Positions 12,261 through 28,266 are shown, counted from the first letter of the stretch. The stretch: 64,000 nucleotides of DNA from Eledone cirrhosa (GCA_964016885.1 OZ024740.1:290284001-290348000); one strand, 5' to 3'. The notes: generated from the sequence alone by a model not told the origin. Numbers and translations are program-made.

Positions 12261-12668
12261 TGTACTTGTGGGTCTGTGTATTTGAGAGAAAGACAAAGAG
12301 AAAGAATGTATGAGTGAAGAGAAGACGAGGCGAGAAAGAGTAAAGCAGAGTGTTAACGTGTGTTTGAGTATTTCATCGTATGTAAGTATGTATATGTGTG
12401 ATTGCGTGCTTTAAGTGTGTGGGGGTGGTGGGGTGATCATATATGCGATCATAAGTGTATGTAATTGTGGATGCGTGAGGAATTTACAGTGATATGAATT
12501 AAATGATAGGAATAATGGAAGAAAACGGAAAACACATACACACACACATTCTCTTACATACATGCACACATATGTACACTCACTTACAGAAACCACGAAT
12601 TGATTGATAGAAAGAGATTAAGATAAGTACTAGCTAGGTATGTGTGTGCCCATCTATATATGAGAATG

Positions 12669-15510
<2,842 letters not shown>

Positions 15511-15540
15511 CATAACTCGTGTGTTACACCTCTTTTCTTT

Positions 15541-15575
<35 letters not shown>

Positions 15576-15583
15576 TTTATATA

Positions 15584-15644
<61 letters not shown>

Positions 15645-15757
15645 AATCTTATATTTTGTCAGATCAAAACGTACTTAAACACAATTTTCTCTTTGAAATA
15701 TGTATAATAAAATATATATTTTGATTATGAGAATATTTTTCATTTATTAATGTCTTG

Positions 15758-15802
<45 letters not shown>

Positions 15803-15814
15803 CATACATATATA

Positions 15815-16703
15815 TCTTTTACTCTTTTGCTCTTTTACCTGTTCCAGCCATCCGGCTGAGGTCATGCTGGGGCGCCGCCCTTGTTGCTACTCGTTCTATC
15901 TGCATCCTGTGTTGGCTGGCTAATGGCGTAAGAGGGAGTTTGTTGCTGCTGCCCTTAGGTCACCTACGTACCGTGCTGTGGGCTCATCCGGTATCCTGGA
16001 TAGCAGAGTGCCAAAATGTTTCTTGAAAACATTCACATCCACACCATTCAGATCTCTCAAATTTCTTGGCAGCTTGTTGAAGAGTTGAGGGCCTTTAAAC
16101 CACAGGCTATTGCAATATTTGCTCCTTATTCTAGATGTGAAAGACGAGACCTTTGGCACCACACAGTGACGCCTTGCTCCGCGTTTGGTCCAGCTCTCAA
16201 TGCCAACATTTGGTATTAGTCCGCCCAGGATTTTCCATATGTATATCACTGCGTACCTCTCCCGTCTTCGTTCCAAGGAGTAGAGTTTGAGTTCTGTTAC
16301 CTCTCCCAGTAGCTCATCTCCTTCATTGTGGCAATCCTCTTGGTGTAGCTTCGTAGGATTGCTTCAAGCTCCGTGGTTAGTTTGATACTATGGCGTGACC
16401 ACAGTTGGGAGCAGTAGTCCAGTCGGCTTAGGACAAATGTCCTCCATAGTATCAACATGGTCTCTCGGTCTCTTGTCCGTCCGAAAAGTCCTCAAGATCC
16501 AGCCAGCGAGTCGTCTGCTCATTGTCGCCACCCTTATGATATGTGAAGAAAAAGATGCATCGTCGCCCAAATCTATCTCCAGGTTTCGTATCGATTTCGA
16601 CAAAGGGTCTTCGGTCCCTCCTGGTCCGCTGTAGCTGTGTTGTACTGGCTTTGTGTTATCAAGTTGTAATTGTAGAGCTTGAAATTGTCTAGCATTAAAC
16701 TGC
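15815..16703 (-). mobile_element. CR1/L2-group LINE 3' fragment
   Basis: RLAGWILRTFRT, ERRRERYAVIYIWKILGGLIPN, GPQLFNKLP. The tail ends in AAAAGAG-type repeats. Confidence 0.8.
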
Positions 16704-16739
<36 letters not shown>

Positions 16740-16785
16740 TTATATATATACTGTATATATATATAAATATATATACACATACAGG

Positions 16786-16906
<121 letters not shown>

Positions 16907-17384
16907 ATTAAAGATTAATTAGTCTTTAATCTCAATGAGATATATATATATATATATTAAATTTAAGTGAGTATTACACTGCTCCTTAATTTGTTAAGTT
17001 GTACCAGGCGGTCTTTTGGCTGCTATTTCTAGCGGCATTATAAGAATGTTGCATAGTCCTAATATCAGTAATGAACTGGGTAATTGCTGGCCTTGTGCCT
17101 AAAGTAGAAACAAATATATTAAGAGATTTTTGATCACGTAATATTTCTACTACATAACGTGATTCTTTATTCTACATGATGCCTCGGTAAATGAAACAGT
17201 ATAATTTCTTGGTCAATTTTCTCTTCGCCTTTGAAGAATTCAAACTCCTCTGAAGTGTATTGCGGATTCTTCAATTATTGTTGGTTCCAATAAGAATTCT
17301 TCCGCAAACGAAACCATAGACACACAGACACACACACACATATATGTATATATGTAAATATATGTATACACTCATATATATATA

Positions 17385-17468
<84 letters not shown>

Positions 17469-17473
<5 letters not shown>

Positions 17474-17810
17474 ATACTTTGGGAGGGTCATGTTGCCAAT
17501 AAGAAACACACGCACCAGTTGCTTTCACTTCAATTTATTATAATAAATTTATAAATTTCCGGTTGGTTGGTTGGTTCCACAACCAGATGATTGTTTATAT
17601 ATTGTCAAAGAACAAAGGAGAGGCACAAAAACAAAGAAAAGAATCCCTAGTCACTGAAGAGGTCACAGAATGTGTGACGAAAGAACTTTGACAATATATA
17701 AACAATCGTCTGGTTGTGGAACCAACCAACCAACCGGAAATTTATAAATTCCTAAATTTATAAATTTATTATAATAAATTGGAGTGAAAGCAACTGGTGC
17801 GTATGTTTCT
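17469..17810. mobile_element. Fold-back Penelope-type terminal remnant
   Basis: Inverted arms ~17502-17610 and ~17686-17810 next to (TA)n, with a hammerhead motif in the spacer. Confidence 0.65.
17650..17692 (+). ncRNA. Minimal type-I hammerhead-like motif (degenerate)
   Basis: GTCA-CTGAAGA-G-GTCACA/TGTGAC-GAAA-GAAC-TT-TGAC. Stem III AGAACT is one change from a palindrome. Confidence 0.6.
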
Positions 17811-17907
17811 AAACAAATTCAGAAACGAAATATATATATATATATTTCGTTTCTGAATTTGTTTAGCAAGATTCTTTATCTGAAAACGTGTGTTGAAACC
17901 GATATTG

Positions 17908-19178
17908 TTATACTGGAAGCAGATGCGTTGCTTCCCCGCAGACGAAACAGCGTGGCCTTCTTCCGTCAATGATTAGTTGGATTGTTGTCCCGTCCTTCAG
18001 GTGGGCAAAATCCGGGATGTTGTTCATGTCCTCCGGTTTCATTTGGAGAAGAATCTCCAAATCCATTCCGGGCCAGTCTTCTCTCTCTGTCCTTTTGATA
18101 TCCAGGAGGGTAGTGTCTGTCTCCTCCTCGATTACGCAACCCTGCAGCCACCATATGTTCATTCCTGGTGGGATGCTGGGAATGCGTACCTTTACTGTCC
18201 TTTTACCCATGTAGGACGGATGCATGATAATGCGTTCCGTTCTGCGGGGTGTCACCGAGTGCTTAATAGCGAGGGCCTCGGTTTTGAACAGTACCAAGAT
18301 GGTACCGAACTGTTTGCCTCTTGCTTTATACTCTATGTTACTTCCTATGTACTCCAAAGCAGCCTCGACCTCTGCTTGGCTGGCAAGTTCCACTTTTCGT
18401 GTCTGCACCGAAATGCATCGAAAGAACACCGTCCACCTTTGCATGGCCGCTATTGCCTCGTCCGGGATGGTCAGGTTTGCCCAGGACTTCTCCCGTTTAA
18501 TTAGCCTCCACGCTTGGGCCAACTGTTCGTCTTTATCGCTAATATCAATATCAATATTCAATAAGCGCTTTGTTTTTGCTGCGGCTGCAGCAACTGTGGT
18601 GCTTCTGATGCTCTTATTGTTGGTGTTGTCATTCTTGCTGTTGCTATTGGTGTTGTTGTTGTTTTGTTTGTTGATGCTGTTGCCACCGCCATCCGTGTTT
18701 ACATTGAAGCTGTCGGTGTTATTGTCGTTAATGCTCTGAGTTGTTGTTGTTGTTGTGGTGGTGGCGGTGGCGGTGATGTCGTTTCCAGATGATACTGCTG
18801 CTATCACAGAAGGTTGAGTTTTGCCTTCACATTCAGTAGAGTGGATGACAGGTATGACTGTAGCCGTCGTAGTCGTGGTGAAATCTACAGTGGTTGCCTT
18901 TAAACTTTTGACCTGAACTATGTTTACCATTTCAAGGTCGAAAATTTCCATAATTTTTTTTGGTGGGGAAGCGATTCTTTTCAAAGTTTTTAAAAAAATA
19001 AATCTGAATATTTGGGCTTAAAGCCCGAATATTGAGAGGTATCCCCCTCTTTAAATCAAGATGTGTACCTTAAGTTTCGTTAACGACAAGAAAATACAAA
19101 AAATGACACTTTAAAACAGCTTAAATTTACAAACCTTTTCCCCCGCAGATTTGTACTGTCTTCGCACATGTGCGGCCA
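17908..19178 (-). mobile_element. L1/Tx1-type element, 5' UTR and ORF1 only (3'-truncated at the zinc knuckle)
   Basis: ORF 17908-18984 shares PSYMGKRT, NIWW, LEILLQMKPE and DGRRPRCFVCGEATHL with ORF1 of the elements at 29.4-45.5 kb. Confidence 0.85.
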
Positions 19179-19209
19179 TAATAATAATAATAACAACAAT
19201 AATAATAAC

Positions 19210-19259
<50 letters not shown>

Positions 19260-20349
19260 GCACACACATAAACATATCTACACAGACACACACGATAGCA
19301 ACTAACAGCGCTGCGATCGAATGTGGCTTTTTAGCCCAGCCAATGATCTAAAATGTCTTGCACAGAGTCGGCAACCAAAACATTCACTGGGAATAGCCGG
19401 CTGTGGTTGGAGTTCATGTACTTGTGCATGTCGTTTGAGCCCTCCTGCTGATTTACATTCTCTACCACATGTTTGGCAAGCATGATGAGTAGCATCTCCA
19501 ACAGCAGCCTGCTAGTCAACCACTGGTCTTACTTTATGACTGCGAAGATGACTTTCGAGTCCAGCTTTCGAGTCTACACTCTCTCCCCACCATCACATTT
19601 ACATTTACACATGTCATTACCCTATCTAGACTAATGTCACCGACCTGTTGTCAAACTCTCTACTCTGTGTTGAATGTGTGTGTGTATATATATATATATG
19701 TGTGTATATATATATATGTATATGCCGCTCAGTCAAACGACCAGATTTCAACCCCAACATCTACAACAACAATACCGTCACTAATGTTTACAGCAACAAC
19801 AGCTTCAGAATGAATTGAAATGAACATTTACAACAACAACAACAACAACAACAACAACAGCGACATCAAACGATGAATAAAAAAAACTCAAAATAACAAA
19901 ACAAACACGCACACGCACACAACACAACAACAACAACAAATAAGTGAGTATATTCCTAATTAAACGTTCGGGGTGCTAACTAATTGTCTGTATCATTTCA
20001 TATGAGATATATCAAATATATCTCTTCCCAGACGGACGTCTTGTTTCATTATAAGATTCCTACAAATTTGGGTGAAATTATCCAAATTTATGCAGAAGCT
20101 TGTATAAGATCAAGAGATGCTTATTCAAGTGGGCTCTTATAATTCTTCAGTGGGTGCCCAATAATACTAATATTGATAATCAAATCAATATCAGTATTTA
20201 GCGATAATCACCATCAGTGCTTGAGGTATCTGCTAGGTTGCTACTCTAGCAGTTCGAAAGATATACTCAAAATGATTCAAAAGTGAGGAAGTATATTACC
20301 GCCAAAAAAACAATACATGCGCAGGACAATGAATTTTAAAAGGAATTCA

Positions 20350-20475
<126 letters not shown>

Positions 20476-20502
20476 TTGACAATGAATTCTAAAAGGAATT
20501 CA

Positions 20503-20574
<72 letters not shown>

Positions 20575-20780
20575 TATGTACACGTACATACATATATGTA
20601 TACAGACGTACAGTAGTAGGTATATATATACATACATACATTCACACATATATATATATGTACGTACCGATTCACCGAACATTTGTTATAATGCTCGGTG
20701 TGTTTGTAAACAAACATCCCGTATTAAGCCGTAGTGTCCAGCAACCATCGTTGCTCGTTTGTTCAACACAGACAAAGGAA

Positions 20781-20821
20781 TGCTGTACTAGTTTCAAGCT
20801 TATTAGCTATCGTCAGCAACG
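20781..20821 (-). ncRNA. Type-I hammerhead ribozyme (420-bp family)
   Basis: Reverse complement reads CGTTG-CTGACGA-TAGCTAATAAGCTT-GAAA-CTAG-TA-CAGCA. Confidence 0.85.
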
Positions 20822-21011
20822 TATACCTTCCTGCCAGATTGTTGAACGTATATACTTACCTTATGCATATTAACAGCTGAGTAGCCCAATTTGCATATCA
20901 GGTGGGTAAATCGGCCGGGTGCACCGAAAACGATAAACGGAAAAAATGAAACTCAGCTGTTAATATGCATAAGGTAAGTATATACGTTCAACAATCTGGA
21001 AGGAAGGTATA

Positions 21012-21052
21012 CGTTGCTGACGATAGCTAATAAGCTTGAAACTAGTACAGCG
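21012..21052 (+). ncRNA. Type-I hammerhead ribozyme (420-bp family)
   Basis: CGTTG-CTGACGA-T-AGCT-AATA-AGCT-T-GAAA-CTAG-TA^CAGCG. Palindromic stem III ACTAGT, GUA triplet. Confidence 0.88.
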
Positions 21053-21192
21053 TTCCTTTGTCAGTGTTGAACAAACGAGCAACGATGGTTGCTGGACAAT
21101 ACGGCTTAATACGGGATGTTTCTTTACAAACACACCGAGCATTATAATAAATGTTCGGTGAATCCATACGTACATATATATATGTGTGCATG

Positions 21193-21260
<68 letters not shown>

Positions 21261-21480
21261 CTACTGTACGTCTGTATACATATATGTATATACGTGTATA
21301 TACTTATATTTAAGTAACAGCAGTACTAAGAGTGGGAAAGGAAATTTCATTTCATTTTTTTCCGTTTATCGTTTTCGGTGCACCCGGCAGATTAACCCAC
21401 TCGATATGCAAATTGGGCTACTCAGCTGTTAATATGCATAAGGTAACTATATACGTTCAACAATCTGGCAGGAAGGTATA

Positions 21481-21521
21481 TGTTGCTGACGATAGCTAAT
21501 AAGCTTGAAACTAGTACAGCG
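21481..21521 (+). ncRNA. Type-I hammerhead ribozyme (420-bp family)
   Basis: Same core, predicted cleavage after 21516. Confidence 0.88.
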
Positions 21522-21900
21522 TTCCTTTGTCAGTGTTGAACAAACGAGGAACGATGGTTGCTGGACACTACGGCTTAATACGGGATGTTTCTTTACAAAC
21601 ACACCGAGCATTATAATAAATGTTCGATGAATCCATACGTACATATATATATGTGTGCATGTATTATTATATATATACATATCACTGTACGTCTGTATAC
21701 ATATATGTATGTACGTGTACATACATATATTTAAGTAACAGCCGTACTAAGAGTGGGAAATGAAATTTCGTTTCGGTTTTTCCGTATATCTTCTTCGGTG
21801 CATCCGGCCGATTAACCCACTCGATATGCAAATTGGGCTACTCAGCTGTTAATATGCATAAGGTAAGTATATACGTTCAACAATCTGGCAGGAAGTTATA

Positions 21901-21941
21901 CGTTGCTGACGATAGCTAATAAGCTTGAAACTAGTACAGCG
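21901..21941 (+). ncRNA. Type-I hammerhead ribozyme (420-bp family)
   Basis: Same core, predicted cleavage after 21936. Confidence 0.88.
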
Positions 21942-22318
21942 TTCCTTTGTCAGTGTTGAACAAACGAGCAACGATGGTTGCTGGACACTACGGCTTAATA
22001 CGGGATGTTTGTTTACAAACACACCGAGCATTATAATAAATATTCGGTGAATCCATACGTGCATATATATGTGTGCATGTATGTATATATATATACATAC
22101 TACTGTACATCTGTATACATATATGTATGTACATGTACATACTTATATTTAAGTAACAGCCGTACTAAAAGTGGGAAATGAAATTTCGTTTCATTTTTTC
22201 CGTTTATCGTTTTCGGTGCACCCGGCCGATTAACCCACTCGATATGCAAATTGGGCTACTCAGCTGTTAATATGCATAAGGTAAGTATATACGGTCAACA
22301 ATCTGGCAGGAAGGTATA

Positions 22319-22359
22319 CGTTGCTGACAATAGCTAATAAGCTTGAAACTAGTACAGCG
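22319..22359 (+). ncRNA. Hammerhead ribozyme with a core mutation (CTGACAA), probably inactive
   Basis: G8 changed to A, otherwise identical to the neighbouring copies. Confidence 0.8.
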
Positions 22360-22625
22360 TTCCTTTGTCAGTATTGAACAAACGAGCAACGATGGTTGCT
22401 GGACACTACGGCTTAATACGGGATGTTTCTTTACAAACACACCAAGCATTATAATAAATGTTCGGTGAATCCATACGTACATATATATATGTGTGCATGT
22501 ATGTGTATATATATACATAATACTGTACGTCTGTATACATATATGTATATACGTGTACATACTTATATTTAAGTAACAGCCGTACTAAGAGTGGGAAATG
22601 AAATTTCGTTTCATTGTTTCCGTTT

Positions 22626-22700
<75 letters not shown>

Positions 22701-22888
22701 GGTTTGTTGGTTCACCACTGGATAGAATTGGTCATTCCGTATTGTCAATCTCGATGTAATATTATGGAGAGTACTCAGCGTAAAGCAGCTCAACAGCCTT
22801 CGTTTGTTTAGTTGGTGGTGCAAGTACGGAGTTAAATATTATAAAATAACAGGAGGCTGGACTGGTGTAAATCGGTGAAAGGTTTATT

Positions 22889-22946
22889 ATACTATGATCA
22901 TTTCAATGACCGGGTTCCGTATGAATCCGGTGATATCATCAGGTAT
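22889..22946 (-). ncRNA. Type-I hammerhead-like motif
   Basis: ATAC-CTGATGA-[..ACCGG..CCGGT..]-GAAA-TGATCA-TA^GTAT. Stem III palindrome ATGATCAT; base of stem II imperfect. Confidence 0.7.
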
Positions 22947-25304
22947 TCGAAATATAACAAAGGAATATAACAGATAAAATCCATGGGGCTGGACAACATA
23001 GACAAGAGGACGACCGACTCTCTAGCATCTTCTACCTCAGTCGGTCGCCCTCAAGTGTTGGCTATTCGGTCTACTTATGACCATGAGGTGAGGGGGCGAA
23101 AGCTTATAATGTGCTACTACCTCCCCATCAAAGAGAAACAAGAAGAAAGAAAGAAGAAAAGCCAGCGTTAAGGTCATGCTATAATCAGGCTAGAAATTGC
23201 CGCGAAAAATGTTTTTCCAAAGAACCTATATCTTAACAGAGGCATATAGTGGGTGTCTGTATGGTATAATGTGTGAACAGAAATTTGGAACGTTAAACTT
23301 ATGTTTAGAGTTATAGGATGAAATTAAATAAATTAAAAAAAGTTTAAGGTTTGGGTTGCGAGATTTAGTTAAAGAATTTACAGAGAGAGTCTTATATGAA
23401 AAAGTTTAAGTGTATTATAGAGATTCTCGATAAGTTTTCAGGGTGGGATATAGAGTAAATATTAAGCCCTTGTCTAGCAGTCAATAACACGCGACGACTA
23501 GAGATTCCGGCCAGCCCTTCCTAACCACGTGTCAACCGTTCCGAGTGATATCGTCTAGCGAAAGAAATAGAAATAAATTTTTCCGAGTACTCCAGGAATA
23601 TAACTGTCTTAGGCGTCGGGTGTGCTAGCGGGAAATCTGCCATCGCCGTCAGGCCATCGCTATACCAAACGAATACTATTAATTCACACAGGAGGGGTAT
23701 TTGTTTACGTGCCAGTAGAGGGAGGCATGATACAGCTAATAGTTATAATTAGGCCTAGAATTTAAAGGTATTATATGGCGGTCAAAACCGGCGGCGCGGC
23801 GGGCCCCGGGGCGAAGCAATCCGCTCCGAGTAATTTCATTTACCGAAAGAAGGGGAAATTTATTTTTCCAAGCACTCAAGGAAGGCTTATGCACCAGAGC
23901 GCCAGGCGCGCAGCCGGGAAAGGCGCCACATCAGTCGGATCATCGCGTGTAACCAAACGATTATTATATATTCACACCCGTGATGTGAGGTTGAAAGTGG
24001 TAAAACCCGGTGAAATGCTCAAATAGACTATATTTAAGTCCCCAGTTAGTCCGGGTTATAAGTAGTGTGGTTCTTTGGTGGGTAGAGGGAGATATAAAGG
24101 TACAGAGAGTAATATTCTAGTGTTGTGTGCTAATGAGCACAATGATAAGTACATAATGAGAGTAAAGCGAGTAAAAACCTAAATAAAAGGAACAATAAGC
24201 AAAAATACATAAATAAATAAAAGCAGAATACAAAGGTAAAAATACATTAATAAAAATACATTAAAAAAAGTAAAAATACTTAAATAAAACGCCGTCATAG
24301 CTAGGGTGGTGATGGAGTAAAACGGAAGTATATAAGAACATTTCGGAGAAATCAAAACACAGGGGAAATACAATATAGATCAAGTTGCAGTTAGATAATA
24401 CAAGGTTATACATATAGATATAGAGGATGGAGGAGATAGAATGGTATCAGGCGATACCTAGTGGATGTTCGAGTCTCAGAATTCAGTGTGAATCACAAAG
24501 GCCCTCAAGTATAGGGTAGAGAATTCAGTCAATACAATACAGGTTGTAGTATAATCCGTAGAATTTTGTCGAAGTCTGAATATTCCCGACAGGGAAGCAA
24601 CATTGGACCAGGTGGGCGGTAGACAAAGCACAGAGCAGCCAAAATCCGAATGGTGAGTAGATCAGTCAGTTCCATGCTGGCGATAGCTGTACACTGGAGT
24701 CAGTGCCGCTGTTCATTATTGAATCTGAAAGCGCTCAACATTTCTGAAGTTTCTTTCTTCTTTTTTCTCTTTGTATTATTGGTTTTTTCCCCTGTATTAT
24801 TGATAACGCACTGTATATCTCTCTCTGGTGCGTTACCTTTTCAACATATTGTATTTTAAAGAGCTCAGAATCTCTTCTCCTTTGAGCACATTATTTACAG
24901 GGAATAGCGAGGGCCTATGCCTCCGTTAATTTATCGTGATATTTCGCTCCTAATAACAGTCTTTCCTATCTCTGTTTGGTTGAGCACACTTCTCTGAGTG
25001 GCTTTGGGCTGTCCTTTCTAGCAGTTCGTCCCTCAGAGGCCACAGGTTCACTGCCCTTAAACACGCTGTGACTTCTCTCTCCCACGTGTAGCTGGACAGT
25101 CAATTTTAAAATTCTCTTAGTGTTGTCTGAAATGTATAGCCTTATAAGCTTTCGCTCCCTCACCTCATGGTCATAAGTAGACCGAATAGCCAACAGTTGA
25201 GGGCGACTGACTGAGGTAGAAGATGTTAGATGGTCGGTCGTCCTCTTGTCTATGATTTCCAGCCCCATGGATTTTATCTGTTATATTCCTTTGTTATATT
25301 TCGA

Positions 25305-25362
25305 ATACCTGATGATATCACCGGATTCATACGGAACCCGGTCATTGAAATGATCCTAGTAT
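25305..25362 (+). ncRNA. Type-I hammerhead-like motif (inverted copy; stem III TGATCC mutated)
   Basis: Mirror copy of 22889-22946. Confidence 0.62.
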
Positions 25363-25407
25363 AATAAAGCTTTCAAGGATTTACACCAGTCCAGCCTCCT
25401 GTTATTT

Positions 25408-25497
<90 letters not shown>

Positions 25498-25529
25498 AGA
25501 TCAAAAGATGGTTAAAGGAGTTCCATGTA

Positions 25530-25596
25530 TTTTATTATGCGCATTTCAAAAACAAACATCATCATGCAATAATATTTGTGTTTTCATCAGATAAAA
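25530..25596 (-). ncRNA. Type-I hammerhead ribozyme
   Basis: TTTTAT-CTGATGA-[long stem II ACAAATATTAT/ATGATGTTTGT]-GAAA-TGCGCA-TA^ATAAAA, inside an ~200-bp insert between (TA)n tracts. Confidence 0.82.
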
Positions 25597-25689
25597 CAGG
25601 AGAACATGATATGAAGGCTAAAAAACACTTGTGGATAGTGCAGTTTTAAATCTGCATTGCTTTATTGTACTACAATAAAACTCACCTCC

Positions 25690-25743
<54 letters not shown>

Positions 25744-25754
25744 GGTGTGTGTGT

Positions 25755-26098
25755 ATAAAGATCCGATAACTCCTTGTGGAGTCGTAGGGGCAGCGGTGTA
25801 TCTATGGCACTTTTAAACACGGCCGAATTTTTAAATCATACATTTCTATTGACCTCGAAAGGCAAAGGTAACCACGGCGGGATTTGAACTCACAGCGCTG
25901 AGGTCAACATTCCCTTTCATCCTTTCGAGTTCGATAAAAAAAAAATACCAGTCCAGTACTGGAGTCCATTCTTCCACTATAGAAAAATCAGCTGTGTTCA
26001 GACCTGGAGAGGGTTGGGCTCTGCCAGGTTTAAATGTACCCTAGACACACCGTATGATGGTGCTTCTACGACTCCACAAGGAGTTATGGGATCTTTAT
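25755..26098. mobile_element. Short inverted-repeat element with internal SINE fragments
   Basis: ATAAAGATCCGATAACTCCTTGTGGAGTCGTAG pairs with CTACGACTCCACAAGGAGTTATGGGATCTTTAT. Nin-SINE pieces lie at ~25848-25965. Confidence 0.6.
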
Positions 26099-26140
26099 CC
26101 GTTTTATTTTATATATATACACGCACACACACACACACAC

Positions 26141-26229
<89 letters not shown>

Positions 26230-26241
26230 TATACACACACA

Positions 26242-26283
<42 letters not shown>

Positions 26284-26319
26284 CACACACACACACTCAC
26301 ACACACACACTCACACACA

Positions 26320-26629
26320 TCTATATATCTCTCTATATAAAATTCTTTGTCTCTCAATCTCTCTGTCTGTCTGTTCCTATGCATTCTCAAACGGCTCGAC
26401 CAAATCAAATCAAATTTTAAAAAGTAATAGTAGAGTGTCAACATGTAATTTTTATTTTCATTTGGATTAAAACAATATAACATTTTATCCTAAATAATCT
26501 TTCTATAGTCAACTATAGTAAACCACCACCACCACGACGTCCCGCTTTGTATATGTGTGTGTATGTGTCTGTGAGTGTGTGTTTGTTTGTTTGCGTGTTC
26601 TTTACGTACGTTAGACCGCAGAGAATTAA

Positions 26630-26662
<33 letters not shown>

Positions 26663-27517
26663 CACATCTACACATACATATAGCTTAGTAACTTGCATAC
26701 ACATTATCTCCACACACAGATAATTAAACACACACGTACACATCTACACAAATATATATACATATGTGTTGACAGACAAGTAATAGGTGTGCGCGAATGT
26801 ATGTCTGTGTGTGTCTGTCTTAGTATATGTATGTGAGAGTGTATGTGTGAGTGTATGTGAGAGTGTATGTGTGTGGGTGAATGTATGTGTGTGTGAGTGT
26901 ATGTGTGATAATTTTTATTTTAACGTTAGGCCTCAGAATTACACACGCACACACACATCTACACATACATATAGCCTTAGTAAGTTGAATACACATTATC
27001 TTCACACACAGACAATTAAACACACGCACACACACACATCTACACATACAGATACATATGTGTTGACAGACAAGTAATAGGTGCGTGTGAATGTATGCCT
27101 GTGTGTGTCTGCCTGGGTACGTTATTAAATACACACACACACACATCTACATATATATGTGGCAACTGACAAAAAAAATGAGGTGAAAAGCTATGTGTGT
27201 GTCTGCGTGAATGTATGTCTCTGTGTGTCTGTCTTAGTATATTATGTGAGTGTATGTGAGAGCGTATGTGTGTGAGTGTGTAGCAACAATTTATTCATTT
27301 GGACACCAACAAAAAGTTATACAATGACTATCGTTTACTCTAAGGTGCTTCAAGATTTACAGATTTTCATTTCTAAATTCTATTATCATTACAATTTTGA
27401 TATTTTAAAATATAAAATATAGATATTTTGAAATAATTATGAGAAAAAAAACATATCTTCATATTAATTGTTTAATAAGGACAGCAGTAACCTTGGAAAC
27501 GCCGGGTTATTCAGCTA

Positions 27518-27518
<1 letters not shown>
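26320..27518 (+). mobile_element. Non-autonomous Helitron
   Basis: A|TCTATATA... start with a (GTCT)n subterminal tract, 3' end CCTTGGAAACGCCGGG-TTATTCAG-CTAG|T, internal degenerate duplications. Confidence 0.72.
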
Positions 27519-27553
<35 letters not shown>

Positions 27554-27665
27554 CGAAGGAAATGTGGTAAGGAACCAGGTGGACCATAACGCACCAAAGT
27601 ACTCAATACTTGAGGTAGTAGAGTGGGTAATAGGAACCAGTAAGACCCCTGGGGTCTTACTGGTT

Positions 27666-27759
<94 letters not shown>

Positions 27760-28266
27760 TGATCGAGTATCGAAAAATCGGCGTACGAGTTCACGATAAA
27801 CAAAATTCGATATGAGCGGCAGAGTGCTCCTCACTGATTTAGATAAATCAGAGCTATAACTATCGTTAAAATACCGTCACACACAGAACAAGTCTATAAT
27901 CAACCGCACGATCGAAAATTTGCGATTACGGAAGATTCGGGACACTCAGATAAAAATCTCAATAATTCAATAAATTAAATGAATGTAAAAAGCATACCCG
28001 GACCCGCTAGGAAGATGTTAAATCTAGCTTCTTGGGTTTCTGTAAATCCTTAAACTGTTCTCTATCAGCTCACATAAAAATATATAAGACTTCTAGAATT
28101 CAGCGGACAGGAAATTTACTTCTTCAACGAGCTTTGTCCAAACGGATAAAATGGCATAACCCAAGCTAAATACGCACATGGAATTCGGCAAGGGAGATAA
28201 CCTCCACATCCGCGAAAACTATTCGAGAAAATGTGTAAATACACATATCGAATAAATATATATATA

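Larger units (their letters stand above)
20570..22626 (+). repeat. Tandem array of ~420-bp hammerhead-containing units (retrozyme-like); first unit inverted
   Basis: About four plus-strand units at 20951-22626 and one minus unit at 20570-20951. Predicted cleavage-site spacing 469, 420 and 418 bp. (TA)n on both sides. Confidence 0.92.
22841..25410. mobile_element. Non-coding Penelope-like composite with 269-bp inverted arms, each carrying a hammerhead motif
   Basis: 22841-23109 is the reverse complement of 25142-25410. 24779-25145 is a piece of the 540-bp family. Confidence 0.75.

Noticed and set aside
17876-17910. CTGAAAA..GAAACCGATA
   Set aside because: Core lacks G8 and stem I cannot form; at most a decayed relic.
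19331-19519. 62-aa non-repetitive minus-strand ORF
   Set aside because: Possibly a transposon or exon remnant, but I cannot assign a family or splice structure.
20658-22560. Repeated 71-97-aa ORF (..[19 protein letters not shown]..)
   Set aside because: Antisense to the hammerhead strand, starts in microsatellite, no domain. It recurs only because the unit is repeated.
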